A stretch of DNA of 63,984 nt, counting the filler, from Nemertoderma westbladi (taxonomy: Eukaryota; Animalia; Xenacoelomorpha), in the NCBI GenBank assembly GCA_032718475.1. It is 3 parts of 3 records of this genome, joined end to end, with 100 filler letters (N's around TTAATTAATTAA, not from the genome) between each part and the next. Parts side by side here need not be neighbours in the genome. Positions count along the whole stretch, not along the records: positions 1 to 31,995 come from JAUCBJ010001673.1; positions 32,096 to 58,051 come from JAUCBJ010005135.1; 1 more part is not named here. The stretch is one strand, 5' to 3'. The translations under genes and the position numbers were made by a program. Position 1 is the first letter of the stretch; each line of letters opens with the position of its first letter. A model generated the notes under the pieces. The model worked only from the letters and a program-made list of their open reading frames with translations, did no database searches and was not told the DNA's origin. Shown piece after piece: positions 26,056-39,100 of this stretch.

Positions 26056-27097
26056 TTTACTATGTAGATATTTCCCGCTTAAATTCCCTGGACGACCCCA
26101 TATCCAGCTGCCGGCTTGATGCTTTACCTTCCAACTCCCTGGGTCTAAAACTCACCAACTTGCAGTTCCACATTTCTCAGTTGCTACCCACCTTGGCTGT
26201 AAAGGCATGGAACCACTCAGCTCCACCAGGTGTGGTAGCGCTGTGCAAGTGGATTGGCTACACGGCCTCTCTTGTTCGAGAAGCGCTGGTCGAATTCCGC
26301 GCAATGCAATGTTAAATGATATTGTCAAACGTGCACTTGCAAGCTGCGCTTTCCCATCCATCCTGGAGCCCCCAGGTCTCCGCAGGGGAGACGGCAAACG
26401 TGTAGACGGGATGTCCTTGATACCTTGGAGCAAAGGTAAGACCTTAACCTGGGATGCCACTGTCGTGGACCCATTAGCGCCCAACCACCTTGCCACCAGC
26501 TATGCCTCTGGTGGTAGCGTTGCGGAGGACCAGGAGAAACTTCAAACTCGTAAATACCGACCAGGATCTAATAGACTGCGGCTACAAATTCCAACCTGTA
26601 GCATTTGAGACGCTCGGTCGCCCTGATCCTTCCACCGCCTCCCGCCTAAAGGATATTGGGAGAAGACTCCACTCGCAGGAACCACGTTCGCACCGCTTCC
26701 TTCTGCAGCGCATTGTAGTGGCCATTTTAATAGGCAACACCGCTTCAATACTTGGAACTGTAGTATCGCCATCTCTGAGAGCCTATTTGATATCCTGGAA
26801 GACCCCCAACCACCAGCCCTAGTACCAGCCGCACAGTAAATTAATCCTGTTTTTCTTGCTCCAGCGCGCCTTCTTATTTAACTAATCAAGGTCTATTTTA
26901 TTTTAATATATATAATTATTTTAATTCCACTCTTTAGGGATTCTTTTAACCTTGCTTTTAAATTATATATATTTTTTTTTAATAAGTTGTGCATTGTGTC
27001 TGGTGTATCATATGTACTATGTAGGTAGCTACGATTTTACTATAGTGAATTAATAATATTTTAATAACATTTTGCAGATATGAATATTAAAAAAAAA
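26056..27097 (+). mobile_element. CRE-like LINE 3' half: Zn finger, restriction-like endonuclease, 3' UTR, poly(A)
   Basis: CGSAVQVDWLHGLSC..LNDIVKRAL..EPPGL..KRVDG..WDATVVD..KY..FQPVAFETLG; A-run ending near 27097. Confidence 0.88.
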
Positions 27098-27329
27098 TGA
27101 GATTCGAGATTATTTACTGATTATTGAATTTTTGTATTGTTTTGTTAATCATTCTTAATTATTCTATCTAACTTGAAATATAGAATTTCAGTCTATTAGA
27201 TTATTTCATAAGGTAAAGAGTTCCAATTTCTAGATCATTTAAAAAAGAAAGTATCAGTTTCAAAGATTTACAATTTGGGAGGTAAACGTTTGAAGCACAA
27301 GCACTGGTACTGTAAGAGTGTGTGTATCA

Positions 27330-27700
27330 CGCGCGTACTCTTGTTGAATTTTCGGTTTAGGTATGAGGGAGGGTGGGGGGCGGGGGGGGGGGGGTGTGCC
27401 ACTTGTTTTACAAGGGGAAGAGCTATAACACTAAAAGTAAGGAATATATTGTGTGCTGTCGTTTTTGACACCACGCTGCATTAGTACCTTTTCTGGGGAT
27501 CTGCCTCTTCCCACTGTTTCAGACTTTTGACAGACTACCGGTACATGTGTACCAAATTTGATCAAATTTTACCAAGCATTCGTAAAAAGGCAAACTGACT
27601 TGCTGAGTTATTACCCTCCATGCATTTGCTGACAGACCAGCACACAACAGAGGAAAAAGCGAAAAGTCAAAGCTAAGCTCGCTACGAGGCTCTCCCCAAG
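27330..27700 (-). mobile_element. DINE/HINE-like non-autonomous (Helitron-type) repeat
   Basis: Shares gcgagcttagc, a ctgt microsatellite, taataactcagc and aa(a/c)ttggtaca with 48625-48860. Confidence 0.5.
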
Positions 27701-27891
27701 TAACCAGTATTGGGTTAAATAAATGTGTATAGTAAAATAAAGGAAGAAAGACAATAAATCAATTATTGTTTTTACTTACATACCATGATGCATACTGTAT
27801 GTCATACACATAAATTACCATACATATATCCTACTACATAAATACAGTCTCACCACATCATTCATTACAACTATAAAGTATATAATCTTAC

Positions 27892-28250
27892 CTTTCGCAA
27901 GCTATTATTATACATAAACCAATATAAAACATCTGGATAATTCGGTCAAAGAATACGGATATCTTAAAATCTATTGAATCGTCTACAATGCAAAGTATTA
28001 CTCGGCGAATCAGATACAATATATATAGGTCTATGGGAGCACTGGATAAAAAAAATACTATTCCAGTAGACAACATTGCCATGATAAAGTAGTCGAAATG
28101 ACAGCGAGTGTGTTTACACAAGAAAATAACAAGAACCATGATATTAGCAAAGAGTCCCAGTAAAGTCATTGGAAAACCTATTAACATAACAACGTCAATG
28201 GTTAATAGGATGTAGTTAGTTTCGTTACAGAGACAGTCAACAACCTCCAT
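27892..28250 (-). CDS. Rhodopsin-like GPCR, exon 1 (N-terminus to TM3)
   Basis: MEVVDCLCNET (N-glycosylation sequon); TM1 LGLFANIMVLVIF; ends IIIACE-AG|gtaag in phase 2, matching exon 2; an alternative ATG lies at 28277. Confidence 0.8.
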
Positions 28251-28586
28251 TTTTTTACTAAATTGTTGTAAATACATGATTGCAAAGAAGCACTTCACAG
28301 TATGAGATTCCCAGTGAATTATCTAACAAAATGGACAAAGTGGGTGAGAATCCAGATATATTACACTGTAAATGTTTATGTAGTTTTATTCCAAAATTTA
28401 AAACGGTTGCACATTATTTGATATGTTTTATATATGAACAATTATATTATCAATTTAAAATATCTGAATATTATCTATAGAAACCTGTCTACTAATATTT
28501 CCGCTAAAAAGGATTTTACGCTATCGAATTTGCACCAACCCAGTGCCGGTACCCTTTCCATCAACTCAAACCCAGCTATTTGGTGT

Positions 28587-28696
28587 CGTCGCGTTACGGC
28601 TAATGTCGCGTTACGGCTAATTTTTTGAGAGATTAGCCGTAACGCGACTTTCAAAAGTGGCGGTACGGCTACTCTAAAAGTCGCGTTACGGCTAAT
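28587..28696. repeat. Cluster of direct and inverted gtcgcgttacggctaat motifs (probable DNA-transposon subterminal repeats)
   Basis: Three direct copies plus one inverted copy (attagccgtaacgcgac). Confidence 0.7.
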
Positions 28697-30303
28697 TGTC
28701 GCATATCCATGGTACCTATTGTAAAAAACAATTTAGGAGATATTACAGCTATTACTAATTATAGGGCCATCGCAATAGCGTCATTGTTACTTAAAGTATT
28801 TGAGTGGGTGCTGCTGATATCTGAGGGAGAAAAACTGGATTTAGACCACTTGCAGTTTGGTTTCCGTGAGAGATCGAGCACAGTAATGTGCTCGTGGACA
28901 GCAACGGAGGTCATTAATTACTATATGCGAAAGTCAACACCAGTCTATGGTTGCTTGTTGGACTTCACCAAAGCTTTTGATTTGGTTGAATGGAGAAAGC
29001 TTTTCCTTGAGCTGATCAAAAAAGGTTTTTCTCCCTTATATCTTAGGTGTTTGTTGTTTATTTATAGAACACAAATGTGTGCAGTGAGATGGAATAACGT
29101 TTTGTCATTTGATTTTTCTATTACTAATGGAGTTAGGCAAGGGTCGGTTATTTCACCGGTCCTGTTCTGTGTTGTTTTAAATGTGCTGATTTCACGGCTC
29201 AGACAGGCAAAAATAGGTTGTTATATTGGTGCTCAGTTTTATGGTTGTCCGTCCTTTGCGGACGATATGTTTCTATTGTGCCCGTCCGTAATTGGCCTAC
29301 AATACATGATTAATATTTGCAAAGATTTTTGTAAAGAGTATAAATTACAGATTAGTACTGATATTGATCCGAAAAAAAGTAAAACTAAATGTATCCCGTT
29401 CCAGAACACATGGAAGCCGCCTAGTGTGAATATTTCAGTAAATAACGTTACACTACCATGGGTTGAGAAAGGGCTACATTTAGGAATTCTGCTTAATTTT
29501 ACGTGTAGTGTCAATATAGATATACAGCGTAAGAGAGGTGCATTTATAGGAAAATTGGCAAATTTAAGGCAGGAATTTTCATTCGCTCACCCGCGGTGCT
29601 TGTCTAACATTCAACGTATTTATGCGACAAGTTTTTATGGAAGCCCAGTTTGGGATTTGGCTTCTGATGAATGCCGTAGAATATACACCGCTTGGAATAC
29701 GAATGTGCGCTACATTTATCATCTGCCGTATAACAGCCATAGGTTCATAGTAGAAGATATTGTTAATTTTCCCCACCCTAAGGTTATGCTCAGTAAACGT
29801 TTAGTTAAATTTGCAACTAGTGTTTTGACTTCTGATAAATTGTGTATAAGATTTCTGGCAAATTTAGTATTTTATGATTGTAGATGTAGAAGTGGTGCGA
29901 ACTTGCGTAACATAGGGAATGAGTGTGGTATAAATGATCTACGTAAAATATCAGTAGGTGACCTTTCTAATTTACGATATGTGCCTTCTCCACCTGATAG
30001 TTACTGGCGAGTTAAATTGTGTACAGAAATTATTGATTGCTATTTCGATGAGACTACAGTACCAGATTTCTCATCTGAAGAACTAATTGAAATTTTGAAA
30101 TATGTATCCTCGTTCTAGATATTTTCTAGTGTCTCAATACTTATTTGTGTTTTTCCTTGTTTTTTTTTTGTGCTACTTACATATTAGTTAATTACTTAAA
30201 TTTACTTTACATTACTACAATTTAGATTTACATTACATTACTGTGCGGTACTAATATATATATATGATATATTATGTATGAATATACAACATTAATTAAT
30301 TAA
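28697..30303 (+). mobile_element. 5'-truncated CR1/L2-group LINE with an uninterrupted RT ORF (28709-30118)
   Basis: NYRAIAI, QFGF, LDFTKAFD, GVRQGSVISP, FADD; (TAAT)n tail; 11-bp TSD ttacggctaat at 28686-28696 and 30304-30314. Confidence 0.9.
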
Positions 30304-31778
30304 TTACGGCTAATCTATTGTCTTGGTTTTACATAGGGAATCACTATCAATATTATTATATGGTGTTTACGTGCAGATCCCATGAGGTCCGAAAAATGTA
30401 ATGTAATATTGTTTTACAGCATGGGAGTCTCCGGGGGGTTGGGGGTGGGAGGGGGGGATTTTACTGTCTTTCATACTGTATGTTCTTCGACAACCTCAAA
30501 TTCAATATAATATTGTATTCTATGGTATTTAGTCACAGCCTCAAGCACAGATACGGATTACAGCGAATAATACCAGTGGAAGAAGCAATGAGTGGTTTTG
30601 TGGAACATATTCCACTACTTCATATCGATGTTGTTAACCAACGCCTGGCTCGCTACATGGACCATATGGCGTTCTGTTTGGGGATTGACAAGCAGGCATG
30701 GCCGTCCTTCCAGCCGCCGATCACCCAGTTGAAAGTCCAGCTGCATTGGGAGGGGGTGGCATGTTCGTGTAGTGAACCACCCCTTCCCGGCTGTTGAACT
30801 ATTTCTTCCCAACCCAACCCCGACCACCCCTCCCCGTGGCCGAACCATTCCAACCAACCCCACCACCGAACCAAATGCCATACGCGGGCGATGACTGGCT
30901 AATTCAAGAGCTTTAGTTTTAGATACTTTTGATTTGGTTATTATAATGATAAATTCAAAGTGCAATATTTCGGCAAAATACTGATATACTTTAGACCAAT
31001 TTACCTATGGTACTGTGTACTGTGGTACTCAATACAACAATAAGAATACAATAATTAATAAATTAAGTTTTTTTAGTTAAAATCCCCCCACCCCCCCCCC
31101 CCCCCATACACAGAAGCTTCGTGGAACACGTGTTAGGCAGGTGCCTACACTGCCAAGGCGTGTCGAAATGTTTTAGAGCCCTTGACTGAGTTGTTAACAA
31201 CCGAACTATACGCGCTAGTGTCCTACGTGTAAAGTATACTCACAGTGGGAGGTTGTCACTTACACCTTGGTACTTTACATAGGTTATTACTATACACATA
31301 ATATTTCTTTACTCCAGTTCCACACTTATCGCACACTTACCATATAACACCCACCGCACCAAGTCCTGGAATATAGTTTCTGACATCACCTTACACAATA
31401 ATAATCCTATTCCCCTAACTTTTCTACTACAAAGATTTGTGATATTGTATGTCTTTTGAAATAGACTTACATAAATAGTTACAGTCCCGCTCGCCAACAG
31501 AGTGCCATCGGATCCGTATACTTTTCTGTCACGTTTTGGAATGATTATTTTTAAAGCGACACACTGCAAAAAAACGGCGAATACAGCCTCGACAATATGG
31601 CAATTAAGCATCTCTATTTTTTTCTCTGGGCGTAACAATAATTATTTACTTCCTAGCCTTACAAATGATATTAGATATGGAGTAGATAACGTGGAGAGTT
31701 TGTTTTCAGATATAATGCGAATGTTAATCATTCGTCATAAATCACACTCGAATAAATGGAATAAATAAATCGAATAAA

Positions 31779-31995
31779 TGTGCCAAAATGGGCTCCATGG
31801 TCCCACGACCTTTACGGAACCCATTCTGATTTCCAAGGAGCAGTCTCTCAATGGGATGCCTGATGCGATTTAATAGAATTCTATTGTATAGCTTTGCAGC
31901 AATCAATAACATTGAGATTCCTCGAAAAGAACCATAGAGTGTTAGGTTGCCCTTCTTGGGAACTGGCACCAACTTATTTGTTTTAATTTCTTGTG
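31779..31995 (-). mobile_element. RTE LINE RT fragment ending at the gap
   Basis: VPVPKKGNL..FRGIS..QNGFRKGRGT; near-identical to 62425-62640. Confidence 0.88.
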
Positions 31996-32095
31996 NNNNN
32001 NNNNNNNNNNNNNNNNNNNNNNNNNNNNNNNNNNNNNNNTTAATTAATTAANNNNNNNNNNNNNNNNNNNNNNNNNNNNNNNNNNNNNNNNNNNN
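31996..32095. other. Assembly gap (Ns with a TTAATTAATTAA linker)
   Basis: 100-bp N block with a central linker; same format at 58052-58151. Confidence 0.97.
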
Positions 32096-32783
32096 ATACA
32101 GGAACCCAATGGTTGAGACTATACAGGAACCCAATGGTTGAGACTATACAGGAACCCAATGGTTGAGACTATACAGGAACCCAATGGTTGAGACTATACA
32201 GGAACCCAATGGTTGAGACTATACAGGAACCCAATGGTTGAGACTATACAGGAACCCAATGGTTGAGACTATACAGGAACCCAATGGTTGAGACTATACA
32301 GGAACCCAATGGTTGAGACTATACAGGAACCCAATGGTTGAGACTATACAGGAACCCAATGGTTGAGACTATACAGGAACCCAATGGTTGAGACTATACA
32401 GGAACCCAATGGTTGAGACTATACAGGAACCCAATGGTTGAGACTATACAGGAACCCAATGGTTGAGACTATACAGGAACCCAATGGTTGAGACTATACA
32501 GGAACCCAATGGTTGAGACTATACAGGAACCCAATGGTTGAGACTATACAGGAACCCAATGGTTGAGACTATACAGGAACCCAATGGTTGAGACTATACA
32601 GGAACCCAATGGTTGAGACTATACAGGAACCCAATGGTTGAGACTATACAGGAACCCAATGGTTGAGACTATACAGGAACCCAATGGTTGAGACTATACA
32701 GGAACCCAATGGTTGAGACTATACAGGAACCCAATGGTTGAGACTATACAGGAACCCAATGGTTGAGACTATACAGGAACCCA
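32096..32783. repeat. Perfect 25-bp tandem array (atacaggaacccaatggttgagact), about 27 copies, cut by the gap
   Basis: Identical units with no spacers. Confidence 0.97.
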
Positions 32784-33199
32784 CAATCGCAATATCATTT
32801 TGCGTCACTGATGTACAAAAATTTAAATTATTCAAAAAAATTACCCTTAAACACAAAAGGAAATAAATTGGCGGATACCAATGGGGCAGCTTCTCACTGG
32901 TACAGTAGAGTTATGGATCAAAGTTCACCAGAGTGAACCTGGGTTCAATAGTCGCCCATATTGTTAGCGATGGACCCCTCACAGAAAGGGTTATCAATCC
33001 TTTCCCATGTAGACTTGGGTGGTTAGACCTTGGAATTGTTGCTGAATGGGGGGAGCCGGAGCTTCATTACTGGACTCGGAGTCCGATACTGGTGACTCGT
33101 CGCCAGGATACGCTACCGACGGCTCCGTATTGCGTCGCTTTATATTGCATTTGCGTTTCTTCAACATAGTAGCCTAGGAAACAGAGTAAATAATTATAA

Positions 33200-35515
33200 T
33201 GTAAAATCAATAACCTTGGTCAATAACGTGTTGGGAAATGGAAATCTCACTTCAACAACTTGCTTGAGCAGACACCAAACATCAACTTGCAGTCAGCCCC
33301 ACAAGGAACATAATAATATATGACAAGGCGCTAACCCATAGCAACTGGGGTCTTAAACACCTGCCGAATTCCAGAGAAGCATTAAAAGCATGTCCAATCA
33401 TAAAGCGAGTGGATAAGACGAAATCCCTGTATACGTATGGAAAACAGGAGTGCGGAACAGACCATTATTAGATTTTTGCAACCGGATGCTGAAAGGGGAA
33501 AGGCTACGGATAATTTGGACTATAAAAAGGCAACTAAAGCCTTCCCTTCCCCTAAGAAAGGAAACCTCGGTGTACCAACAAACTATCGTGGGATCTGTCT
33601 CCTTGTGGTAGCTGTCAAAATAAACAACAAAATGATTCTATATAGAATTAGACTTTACATGACTTTCGACCAAATAGATCATAAATACCTCAGATACTAT
33701 AGCGCTACGGAGGCTGGTTGAAGGAATTAAGTCAAAGAACCTTCCTGCAATTCTGATATTTGTAAACTTCAATAAATTATTCGACTCCATCAGCATCAAT
33801 GAGGTAAAATGCTAGAAATCTTAAGAGGTTATGGAATACCATAAGTAATTGCGCTGGCATTGGATTGTTATATTATTTTCCCGTACGCCTTTAATCTATA
33901 AAATTTTTTCATAAATAGAATAAATACATCAAAATCAAGGGTGAGAAATTCAAATTTAACTACAAGCTGTCTTTACAGAGTATGCTAAGTAAACAACAAA
34001 CAATCCTTTCAGTCTCATAGCCTACCCCCGAGTCTGCGTTAGACAGGATGATCAACGTGTCGGCGATGAACGTCGAACGCGACGGTGACGAACGAATGAC
34101 GACTCAGAACGTTTTCTGGAACCGGTTACCTCAGAAACCAGAAACAGAGACATCCAGACGCGCCTGTTGGTCGATGGACGTGGATCGGCGGTTGAATATT
34201 TCCCGGATATCGGCTGCAAATTCGGTTCCACTGCAACATTGTGGGTAACTACTTCGGTCAGCGTATCGGCTACGAAATCCCGGATCTCGTTATGTCGGAT
34301 TAATGGAAATCCGCCTGTAGGACACGACAGGATATGGTTCACAGAAAATCGTATCCCACAGGCCGGGGTAGACCGGGGTTGCCATCGTAACGCAGGCAGA
34401 CTGCGTCTCGAAATTCCTCCTTGGTAAGATGGGTACCATGGAGGGTGATTGGACGCGAGTTTAACCACGTCGACGCCCCCTTCTCCGCCACTGCTGTTTT
34501 GGATTTAGTTTGGCGCGGATTTCCTCAACCTTTCCGTGTGCCGCCATAAGCGACAGGGACTTTATACGGTTGGCGACGAGTAACTGTGCCTCCCGCACCA
34601 CTGGCATGTTGCTGCTGGATTGTTACATTGTGACATAGAAAGAAGCTCAGATACTCACACCAGGAGTGAGTTCTTCTCAATCCCTGGCCGGCGTACACTG
34701 CAACGCGACACGACGCGATGACGATGGTCACAAAGGGATAAAATCTTGGGTTCACACTACACGAACGTAGAAACAGCAGATACCCGGCCACTACAGTCAC
34801 AGACACGGACTTTTCGGATGACATCGCCCTGCTCTCTAATACGCTAGCAGATACACAGCTACTACTGAATAAAGTGGAGAGGGCTGCTAAGGAGGTTGGA
34901 TTGCATATAAATTCTACCAAGACCGAATTCATGACTTTTAATGTTAATGGAAACTTGACCACAATTGATAATAATCCACTAAGGAATTGATGACTTCCAG
35001 TACCTTGGGTCATGGATAGAGAGTAGCAGAAAAGACTTAGAAGTTAGGAAAGCAAAGGCATGGGTAGCTCATTCGAGCCACAGTGGAAGTGTACATTTAT
35101 ACGGGGATGAGACCTGGACACTGACGAAATCTCTTGAACAACGAATTGATGGTTATTATTACACAAGACTACTAAGGGTAGCCCTAAACATCAGCTAGCA
35201 TTACAAACGCCGAGCTTTATGGTAAAATTAGTACCACCTGTATCATGATCAACCACACGCCGTGAACGCAGATTAAGATTCAGTGAGCACTGTTGGTGAA
35301 GTAAAGACGAGGTCATACCAGATCTACTTTTCTAATAACCAACACAAGGAAAGCGTAGCAGGGAACGACCGGCTATGACAATATAGACCAACTTGAAAGG
35401 GATACTGAACTTGAGAGAAACGAAATTGCTGACAACTATGGAGAATCGGGAAGCCTGGAAGTGGAAGGATCTCATTTCCACTGTGTGTGTGCGCCTGACC
35501 TATAATAGTAGTACT
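33200..35515 (+). mobile_element. Old, degenerate RTE LINE
   Basis: PKKGNLGVPTNYRGICLL; DTDFSDDIALLS; YGDETWTLTK; tagtag tail; many stops. Confidence 0.75.
34030..34470 (-). mobile_element. CRE-like LINE endonuclease fragment nested in the RTE
   Basis: CGIRFSVNHILSCPTGGFPLIRHNEIRD..VAVEPNLQP. Confidence 0.75.
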
Positions 35516-35676
35516 ATAGAGTACTATATAGTAGTATATAGTGGTAAAATCAAGTCTAGGGATAAAGTCTAGAGTAAATATTTAGAATGTAAATCGGTGA
35601 AACAGAGGAAATACATTTTAACTTCTTCGCATCTGCGGAGTTTAAACGTGGCAACAGAGTTACAGCAACTTAGTGT

Positions 35677-35751
35677 TTATGCGGAGCAACTTGATCGGCA
35701 ACTTGAGTTCCTCACCAAAGTAGCTGAGAAAGTTGCCACGTGTAAACTGGC
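35677..35751 (-). CDS. Candidate terminal DGK exon (ASLHVATFSATLVRNSSCRSSCSA*)
   Basis: Phase-0 acceptor ttcttaag|gcc and an in-frame stop; sequence similarity is weak. Confidence 0.25.
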   Translation of the reverse strand, partial: ASLHVATFSATLVRNSSCRSSCSA

Positions 35752-35977
35752 CTTAAGAATGTGAATTTAGTGAAATACAGAATATACTTTAAATCCACAA
35801 TAGTATAACGGGGGACAGCAATAGAGTGTAGCACAACATAGTAAATGGCACGGGGAACATCAATAAATAATAAGAATGTATAGCAACATAATGACAAAGT
35901 ACATAATATTAGTCAGGGGTGGTAATTTGAGTTATTATTTATTTGGTTTAAATGTTTTGTATAAATTTCTAACTTAC

Positions 35978-36076
35978 TTGCAGCGCCGATCTCGTGACAA
36001 TCACCTGACCTGGGCTCTGGGTCCATGGCTCGCCATCGATTTGCACAGGCAGTTCACATTTCATTGTTATCCTTAC
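35978..36076 (-). CDS. DGKQ: Diacylglycerol kinase theta-like exon (accessory domain end)
   Basis: cag|VRITMKCELPVQIDGEPWTQSPGQVIVTRSALQ|gtaagt; 99 bp, phase 0-0. Confidence 0.92.
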
Positions 36077-36162
36077 CTGAGTAAACGAAATTAAATATTA
36101 TATTAAAAGTTAATTAAAACATTTAATATAATTAGTGCTGTTTATATAATAACATAGGATCC

Positions 36163-39100
36163 CTGGGCTTGGCCTATATTCACATTGCAACCCTGGTCTA
36201 TATACTCACATTACAACCCTGGCCTATCTACGCACACTGCAACCCTGGCCTATCTACTCACATTGCAACCCTGGACTATCTACTCACATTGCAACCCTGG
36301 TCTATCTACTCACATTGCAACCCTGGCCTATCTACTCACACTGTAACCCTGGACTATCTACTCACATTGCAACCCTGGTCTATCTACTCACACTGCAGCC
36401 CTGGACTATCTACTCACATTACAACCCTGGCCTATCTACTCACATTGCAACCCTGGTCTATATACTCACATTACAACCCTTGTCTATCTACTCACATTGC
36501 AACCCAGGCCTATCTACTCACATTGCAACCCTGGCATATCTACTCACACTGCATCCCTGGCTATCTACTCAGATTGCAACCCTGGCCTATCTACTCACAC
36601 TGCAACCCTGGCCTATCTACTCACATTGCAACCCTGGTTTATATACTCACATTGCAACCCTGGTCTATCTACTCACACTGCAACCCCCGCCTATCAACTC
36701 ACACTGCAACCCTGTATCTACTCACATTGCAACCCTGGCCTATCTACTCACACTGCAACCCTGGCTATCTACTCAGATTGCAACCCTGGCCTATCTACTC
36801 ACACTGCAACCCTGTATCTACTCAGATTGCAACCCTGGCCTATCTACTCACACTGCAACCCTGGCCTATCTACTCACATTACAACCCTGGTTTATATACT
36901 CACATTGCAACCCTGGTCTATCAACTCACACTGCAACCCCCGCCTATCAACTCACACTGCAACCCTGTATCTACTCACATTGCAACCCTGGCCTATCTAC
37001 TCACACTGCAACCCTGTATCTACTCAGATTGCAAACCTGGCCTATCTACTCACACTGCAACCCTGGCCTATCTACTCACATTACAACCCTGGTTTATATA
37101 CTCACATTGCAACCCTGGTCTATCAACTCACACTGCAACCCCCGCCTATCAACTCACACTGCAACAGCTGTATCTACTCACATTGCAACCCTGGCCTATC
37201 TACTCACACTGCAACCCTGGTCTATCTACTCACATTGCAACCCTGGTCTATCTACTCACATTGCAACCCTGGCCTATCTACTCACACTGCAACCCTGGTC
37301 TATCTACTCACATTGCAACCCTGGCCTATCTACTCACATTGCAACCCTGGTCTATCTACTCACATTGCAACCCTGGCCTATCTACTCACATTACAACCCT
37401 GGTTTATATACTCACATTGCAACCCTGGTCTATCAACTCACACTGCAACCCTGCTATCTACTCACATTGCAACCCTGGCCTATCTACTCACACTGCAACC
37501 CTGGTCTATCTACTCACATTGCAACCCTGGCCTATCTACTCACATTGCAACCCTGGTCTATCTACTCACATTGCAACCCTGGCCTATCTACTCACATTGC
37601 AACCCTGGTCCTATCTACTCACATTGCAACCCTGGTCTATCTACTCACATTGCAACCCTGGTCTATCTACTCACATTGCAACCCTGGCCTATCTACTCAC
37701 ATTGCAACCCTGGCCTATCTACTCACATTGCAACCCTGGCCTATCTACTCACATTGCAACCCTGGCCTATCTACTCACATTTCAACCCTGGCCTATCTAC
37801 TCACATTGCAACCCTGGTCTATCTACTCACATTGCAACCCTGGCCTATCTACTCACATTGCAACCCTGGTCTATCTACTCACATTACAACCCTGGTTTAT
37901 ATACTCACATTGCAACCCTGGTCTATCTACTCACATTGCAACCCTGGTCTATCTACTCACATTGCAACCCTGGTCTATCTACTCACATTGCAACCCTGGC
38001 CTATTTACTCACATTACAACCCTGGCTTATATACTCACATTGCAACCCTGGTCTATCTACTCACACTGCAACCCTGGTCTATCTACTCACATTGCAACCA
38101 TGGCCTATCTACTCACATTGCAACCCTGGTCTATCTACTCACATTGCAACCCTGGCCTATCTACTCACATTGCAACCCTGGTCTATCTACTCACATTGCA
38201 ACCCTGGTCTATCTACTCACATTGCAACCCTGGTCTATCTACTCACATTGCAACCCTGGCCTATCTACTCACATTACAACCCTGGTTTATATACTCACAT
38301 TGCAACCCTGGCCTATCTACTCACATTGCAACCCTGGCCTATCTACTCACATTGCAACCCTGGCCTATCTACTCACATTGCAACCCTGGTCTATCTACTC
38401 ACATTGCAACCCTGGCCTATCTACTCACATTGCAACCCTGGTCTATCTACTCACATTGCAACCCTGGTCTATCTACTCACATTGCAACCCTGGCCTATCT
38501 ACTCACATTGCAACCCTGGTTTATATACTCACATTGCAACCCTGGCTATCTACTCACATTGCAACCCTGGCCTATCTACTCACAGTGCAACCCTGGTCTA
38601 TCTACTCACATTGCAACCCTGGTCTATCTACTCACATTGCAACCCTGTATCTACTCACATTGCAACCCTGGTCTATCTACTCACATTGCAACCCTGGTCT
38701 ATCTACTCACATTGCAACCCTGGTCTATCTACTCACATTGCAACCCTGGTCTATCTACTCACATTGCAACCCTGGTCTATCTACTCACATTGCAACCCTG
38801 GCCTATCTACTCACATTGCAACCCTGGTCTATCTACTCACATTGCAACCCTGGCCTATCTACTCACATTGCAACCCTGGTCTATCTACTCACATTGCAAC
38901 CCTGGTCTATCTACTCACAGTGCAACCCTGGTATATCTACTCACATTGCAACCCTGGTCTATCTACTCACATTGCAACCCTGGTCTATCTACTCATATTG
39001 CAACCCTGGTCTATCTACTCACATTGCAACCCTGGTCTATCTACTCACATTGCAACCCTGGTCTATCTACTCACAGTGCAACCCTGGTATATCTACTCAC

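Noticed and set aside
32040-32051. TTAATTAATTAA motif inside the N runs (also near 58096)
   Set aside because: It is an artificial scaffold linker.
32096-32783. CRISPR-like array
   Set aside because: There are no unique spacers and no cas genes, and the context is eukaryotic.
35712-35897. Hydrophobic ORF as a second GPCR fragment
   Set aside because: It is short, has no convincing motif, and lies in probable DGK intron or terminal exon sequence.
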